Under the pieces are notes generated by a model, which was not told the origin of the DNA, searched no databases, and saw only the letters and a list, made by a program, of their open reading frames with translations. The position numbers and the translations under genes are program-made. DNA of 41,971 nt, counting the filler, from an uncultured virus (IMG/VR IMGVR_UViG_2061766007_004303) (Duplodnaviria > Heunggongvirae > Uroviricota > Caudoviricetes). It is 3 parts of one record of this genome, joined end to end, with 100 filler letters (N's around TTAATTAATTAA, not from the genome) between each part and the next. Parts side by side here need not be neighbours in the genome. Positions count along the whole stretch, not along the records: positions 25,676 to 41,971 come from IMGVR_UViG_2061766007_004303; 2 more parts are not named here. The stretch is one strand, 5' to 3'. Below, in pieces: positions 37,073 through 41,971 of this stretch. Each line of letters starts with the position of its first letter. Positions within the stretch are counted from its first letter, which is position 1.

Positions 37073-38365
37073 TTAATCCTGCGCTTTCAGCGTGTGAAGC
37101 AGGGTACGGACTTTTTCAATCGACAGCGTGTCGATTAGACCATGCAGTTCCGCCCGTTCCGGCTCTACGACCGCAGCCGGGAGCGCGTCCTGCGTGAAGA
37201 ACGAAAGCTGTTTCATCCCTCGCCGCTTGTCTTCAAGAGTGGCATGAGCGGAATAGTGTTTCGTCATTTCCGGGCTCATGTGGCCAACGATAGACTAAAC
37301 AACGGCAAGCGGAATCCCGGCAAGCCCGGCATAGTAACAGAACGTATGGCGGCAGGAGTGCAGGTCCTTCANNNNNNNNNNCGGTACACGGGTTGTCTGA
37401 ATCCCAAGCCCTTCGAGGAACTTTTTCACCCGATAGGAAACGCCGTCTGAGTTTGCCAGATACATTTCGGCGTGCTTCGGAAACACATACTCGGATTCCG
37501 TCCGAGCTGTTGCCGCAAGCATGGTGTAAAGCTGATCGGCAATAGGAATCTGAACGGTGGTCCCGGTCTTGCGTGTCTTACGCGTAATCAAGCGATGGAT
37601 AAGATCGACTTCCGACCACTTGAGCGTGCAGATATCCCCCTCGCGCAGTCCGGTCCATACAGCCATCATGAATAGCGGACGCGTGAAGCCGTCCAGATTG
37701 TCGTAAATGAGTTTAAGTTCTTCGGTCGTGAAAGCCTCGCGTGTCTCCGCATCCGGCTTCGCCCGACGAATGCTCGCGAATGGGTTATCCTGGATGCCCG
37801 CGTCCTTGGTGAGCAGCGTAAACACCTCGGCGCAGACCATCTGGTAGAGGTGAAGAGTCCGTGCCGACAATGCGCCATCTGATTTCTGCATTGTGACGGT
37901 CCGGGCATTCTCTCCTGTCCCCCGGCTGTAGCTGACAGTCTTTTCGTACCGTCCGTTTTTCTGCAGAAGGGCGATGTATTCCTGTGCATGAGCTTCCGTG
38001 ACGTCAATCAGGTTTTCGACATCTGGATGCTCGCCGTGCATAAATGCCAGGAAATCATCCCATATTGCACGCTTTGTAGCGGCATGCCCTGCTGACGGTA
38101 TCCGGGTCCGAGGCTTCTGCTCAGCCAGATCGTATGCTTCCGCGAGGGAGTTTTTCTTTCCTCCGGTCAGTTCATCTCTGAAGTTGTCGATCAAAGCCTT
38201 CACCGTCTTTTGTTCGGAGGCTCGTTCTACCGTTGCCATGATTTTCTTTTCGTATGCTTCCGCCTCTCGTTTTGTTTTCGCACCTTCACAGCGCCCCGTG
38301 TACCTCGTACCATCTTTGATGAACTGATAGTACCACGTCCCACCTTGCCGTTTCTGTCTTACCAT
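37073..38365 (-). pseudogene. Phage-type tyrosine integrase with an in-frame TAG at 37295-37297
   Basis: WTGLREGDI, HSCRHTF, then PLAVV*SIVGHMSPEMTKHY continuing in the same frame; AAGGAG RBS. Confidence 0.88.
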
Positions 38366-38440
38366 GGTCGTCTCCTTGATGTGATACGGTTTGAATCATG
38401 GCGATACTACACGACACTTTCGGACGTTTTTCAAACGCGA

Positions 38441-38546
38441 ATCGTGGAAAAATCGTGAAAAAAACGTGGTTTTTGATGATTTTTGAACTTGCTCACGTTT
38501 GACTGGGGTCAAAAGGTCGTGAGTTCAACTCTCATCATCCCGACCA
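38441..38546 (+). other. attR-like site: arm-type repeats plus the 3' half of a tRNA-Pro (probably GGG)
   Basis: ATCGTG(G/A)AA-like units at 38441, 38452 and 38463, then TTTGACTGGGGTCAAAAGGTCGTGAGTTCAACTCTCATCATCCCGACCA (38498-38546) directly upstream of the integrase. Confidence 0.75.
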
Positions 38547-38690
38547 TTTTTTTGNNNNNNNNNNATATTTGTAATATAGCATAAAAATAATAAAAGTCAA
38601 ATAAACGCATCATGCAACCTTTTAACCGCTGCGTTTACTTTTACAATCGTCAATCTCTAACATGTTTTGCGAAAATGGACCGGATTCAGC

Positions 38691-38718
38691 TTGACTTTTT
38701 TCAAAAGGATGCTATATT
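38691..38718 (+). promoter_or_regulatory. Sigma70-type promoter
   Basis: TTGACT-N16-TATATT with a TG extension; downstream gene lost in a gap. Confidence 0.55.
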
Positions 38719-38736
38719 GATATATTNNNNNNNNNN

Positions 38737-39158
38737 GTCTCGCTATATCCCGTTCAATCCGAGGGTTGTGCAAAGGATAATCCGGCAAGGGATTCTCTGC
38801 AGAGAAACGTTCTCCGCGCCTTTCGGATGCCGAAGGACGCATTCTTCTCCCGAAATTCTNNNNNNNNNNTCCCGTTCAATCCGAGGGTTGTGCAAAGAAT
38901 GTTTCTGTCAAAGATTCTCCGCAGAGAAGCATTCTCCGCGCCTTTCGGATGCCGAAGGACGCATTCTTCTCCCGAAATTCTNNNNNNNNNNGATCGCATC
39001 ATTCCCCACCGGATGATGCGTTTTTTGTTTCTCGCTATATCCCGTTCAATCCGAGGGTTGTGCAAAGGATAATCCGGCAAGGGATTCTCTGCCGCGAACC
39101 GTTTTCCACGCCTTTCGGATGCCGAAGGACGCATTCTTCTCCCGAAATTCTCCGTTTG
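38737..39158. repeat. Three gap-separated variant copies of a ~120-bp non-coding segment
   Basis: TCCCGTTCAATCCGAGGGTTGTGCAAAG...CCTTTCGGATGCCGAAGGACGCATTCTTCTCCCGAAATTCT, three times. Confidence 0.75.
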
Positions 39159-40864
39159 NNNNNNNNNNNNNNNNNNNNNNNNNNNNNNNNNNNNNNNNNN
39201 NNNNNNNNNNNNNNNNNNNNNNNNNNNNNNNNNNNNNNNNNNNNNNNNNNNNNNNNNNNNNNNNNNNNNNNGGGGGATTGCCCGTCTTGGCTTCACCTCA
39301 AAAGCCGAAAATACACCGCGCTGTTTTTNNNNNNNNNNTCCGTCTTGGCTTCACCTCAAAAGCCGAAAATACACCGCGCTGTTTTTTGGGCATAACCTGC
39401 GTTTTGAGAGTCGCGCATCACTATCTTGAATGCTGTTTTCCTAAACCAATTTCACCGCCGAAGGTCCCAAAAAACGAACAGCCACATCTTCGATCCCCTG
39501 CGAAAAACGGAGAATGGCATTTTTCGGGCATTTATGCGGCAAAAACGAGGTAGAAACAGAATCGGGAAATCTTTCTTCGGAGTTTCTTGGCATAAACAGG
39601 AAAACAGGAGAAAAAGTGGTAATGTACACAGGGGACAAGACAAGCTGCCTGATTGAACTCAGAAAAAGACAATGATAGCCGCGTCTTGGTCATCACTTCA
39701 AGTCCGATATGCTCCACCATTTTGTTTTAAACGCCTGTGAAGTCCAACGATTTNNNNNNNNNNCTTCCGCCACTCCTCTAAGAGTGGCTTATTTTTTTGC
39801 TTTTCTCCCCACATTTCGAGCTCAGAACAGGACTTTGAGAAACATCCTCAGAGCAGGTCTGCTCGCATACACACCTCCAAAACCGGCCCAAATTCTCAGT
39901 TTTTGAGAGCCTTGAAACAGGTCAGTCCTGCTCCAAAAATGAGGGAAAGTTTCTCAAACCGATAGGGAACTGAGCTTATTATGCGAAAANNNNNNNNNNT
40001 TATTCGAGGGAGAAATGAGTCGATTTAAAATGAATCGATAAAACCTGATTTTTCCTGCTTTCGCGGAAAAAATCGTGAAAAAATCGTGAAAAACCCCTGA
40101 GCTCAAAAAGCGTGTCGTTGAGCTTGCTCTTTTGATGGCGGATCGTGAAAAAAACACGTCCTCGTAAAAATCCTCCTTTCCAGTCTTTTTGTCTTTCAAA
40201 ATAGATCCCCTTTCACCTCAAAATGCTTCTTCCGATGGTATCTCAGGAAGGGATATTCAAGACGTTTTTCACCTCATAATCGTGAAATATCGTGAAAAAC
40301 GGCTCGGTCTGTTGCCGTCAAATCGCCTGCGAGNNNNNNNNNNTTGCGAGGGTTGCGCAGGTTTTCCGCCGTCCCTTGCGTCGAGCACAGATAACCCGTT
40401 GAACGCAGTTTCAGCGTCGAAAATCGGGGATATCCCGGCGGTTCTCTCTGTTTCTTAAGGCCGAGGTCCANNNNNNNNNNATGTCTTTTGTTCGGGATGA
40501 CGAAAAAAGGGCGTCAAAGGCTCTTTTTGACGAAAAAAAGCGAATAGGTCTACACTTCGAGTATCNNNNNNNNNNCTTCCCAAGGTGGCGGTCACGGAAA
40601 AAGACGTTTTCCGCTGAAAACGGCCAAAATCGGCCCAAGTTTTCTCCGTTTTCTCTGTTTGGAGGACCGAGTCCTCCCCCCGCGCTGAAATGCGTAGCCA
40701 TTCGCATAAACGCACTAAAAACACGACTCACATGACACGTGTCATGGAGAAAACAAGCTCAAATAATTGGCGCGTATGCCTATGAGACGCGAAACAAAGT
40801 CCCCCTCTTTTGGCGGTAATGGGTTTTGAGTGAATNNNNNNNNNNGATGGTTTGCAGATTTACA

Positions 40865-41112
40865 CGCAAGAAAGCTGGCCTGTCTCAGGTCAAGTTCGCC
40901 TCGGCACTCGGCGTTTCCGTGAAGAAGGTCTCGGCCTGGGAGCATGGCAAGGCCGTGCCGGATGAGGCGGAGACGGAGAAGATCAGGGGGATGGGGAAAT
41001 GACCGGCACATGCGACAGATGCCACCGTAAATGCAAGACCTTCCGCATTCCGTGGACGGGCGAACATCTTTGCAAAGACTGCATAGACCAAGATAACGGG
41101 CTTCACGTTTGA
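40865..41112 (+). CDS. Variant copy of the XRE-HTH 3' end plus the small Zn-finger gene (40999-41112)
   Basis: Closely similar to about 32185-32410. Confidence 0.7.
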
Positions 41113-41227
41113 GTCCGATATGCCTACCACTTTTTTCCTGGAACCCCGGCCTTACGTTTTTTTCGTGGAGAAGCGGTTTGGACGAAAGCAGAGATTTTAT
41201 GTTGAGCGCCGAGAAACNNNNNNNNNN

Positions 41228-41546
41228 GAGAGACATGGTCGAAGCCGTGAAGTGGTATCGCAAGGCTGCGGAGCAGGGGTTTTCCGATGCGCAGAACAAC
41301 CTCGGTGTGTGCTATGATTGCGGCGAAGGCATCGAACAAGACAAGACCGAAGCTGTGAAATGGTATCGCAAAGCCGCCGAGCAGGGCAATGCGGGGGGAC
41401 AGCTGAATCTCGGCTTGTGCTATGAAAAAGGCGAAGGTGTCAAACCGGACAAGACCGAAGCGATCAAGTGGTTGCGCAAGGCCGCGGAACAAGACATTAC
41501 TGAGGAGAAAGCGAAAGTCGCTCTCAAACGCCTCGGCGCGGAATGA
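41228..41546 (+). CDS. Sel1-repeat protein, 5'-partial
   Basis: EAVKWYRKAAEQG..DAQNNLGVCY repeats. Confidence 0.88.
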
Positions 41547-41971
41547 TCCCGGTCTGCATCAACAATTAGTCCGTCTCGCCCCTGTCCGGCAGGCTCCGGG
41601 CAGGAAGTCGGAGGGGAAGACGGTCAATGATTTTCCTCTGCATTTCCGGCATTTCCCGCTTGATATTTTGCCTGGGCATGGTATAATANNNNNNNNNNTC
41701 TGGTCGCCCGGATCGTAATGCCTGATCCATCCGCTGTTTGCCGGGCTTACGACCTCAACCCGTTCCGCCCATGACCCGCCGTGAACCAGAACCTTTTCCG
41801 TCTTGTATTCAGCTTCCTCATTCCGGGATGCCAGTTTACCCGACCAGAAGGGTTTTTCCCGGCAAAGCTCAGCGACGTTTCCGATCATATCGCAGAAGCC
41901 CCACGCGTTCGGCGGATAGGCCCCGACCTCGCGCGTCCGGTTCCATGTTCGCTTGATGTGATGCGAATACC

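Noticed and set aside
37295..37297. Alternative genetic code (TAG=Gln) for the element
   Set aside because: Only one interrupted gene was seen and the other genes are intact under code 11, so a point nonsense change is simpler.
38498..38546. A second functional tRNA gene
   Set aside because: It lacks the 5' acceptor strand and D-arm and has a 6-nt anticodon loop; treated as an att core.

Overview
This window is a heavily gapped pseudo-scaffold. Two artificial N-TTAATTAATTAA-N six-frame-stop linkers (12222-12233, 25620-25631) join three unrelated scaffolds. Many 10-N gaps separate overlapping strain-variant copies of the same gene, so adjacency is only reliable inside gap-free stretches. The content looks like an integrative phage or mobile element plus flanking DNA. 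(1) About 1.3-19.2 kb is a + strand array of small phage-type cargo genes (DUF7678-, DUF7698- and DUF3846-like families, GGCT, Zn-finger proteins). These genes are repeatedly preceded by a conserved regulatory module: a fixed-spacing motif GACT[G/T]G-N17-GCTTAATTAA (13 copies), tandem 57-bp upstream copies of the same motif, a CTC-N5-GAG palindrome, a leader hairpin and a GGAGG RBS. A second fixed-spacing motif, TTATGCC...CGCAT, occurs between cassettes in both orientations. This modular promoter-cassette array with swapped cargo genes is the best candidate for an undescribed system. (2) The same region holds a tyrosine recombinase + IS91-type HUH transposase element, tail-fibre fragments and a beta-helix protein. 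(3) A defence block contains an EcoRII/Dcm-like methyltransferase and endonuclease, a type I hsdM coupled to DUF3990 and a partner gene, and an ASCH protein. (4) Accessory genes include a DEDDh exonuclease, a NucA/EndoG nuclease, Sel1 proteins, YolD-like proteins and XRE HTH proteins. (5) The right part has tRNA-Pro(CGG), an IS3 transposase, and a tRNA-Pro-targeting integrase with an internal amber stop, an att core and 11-bp-periodic arm-type repeats. Family names are from recalled motifs, not database searches.
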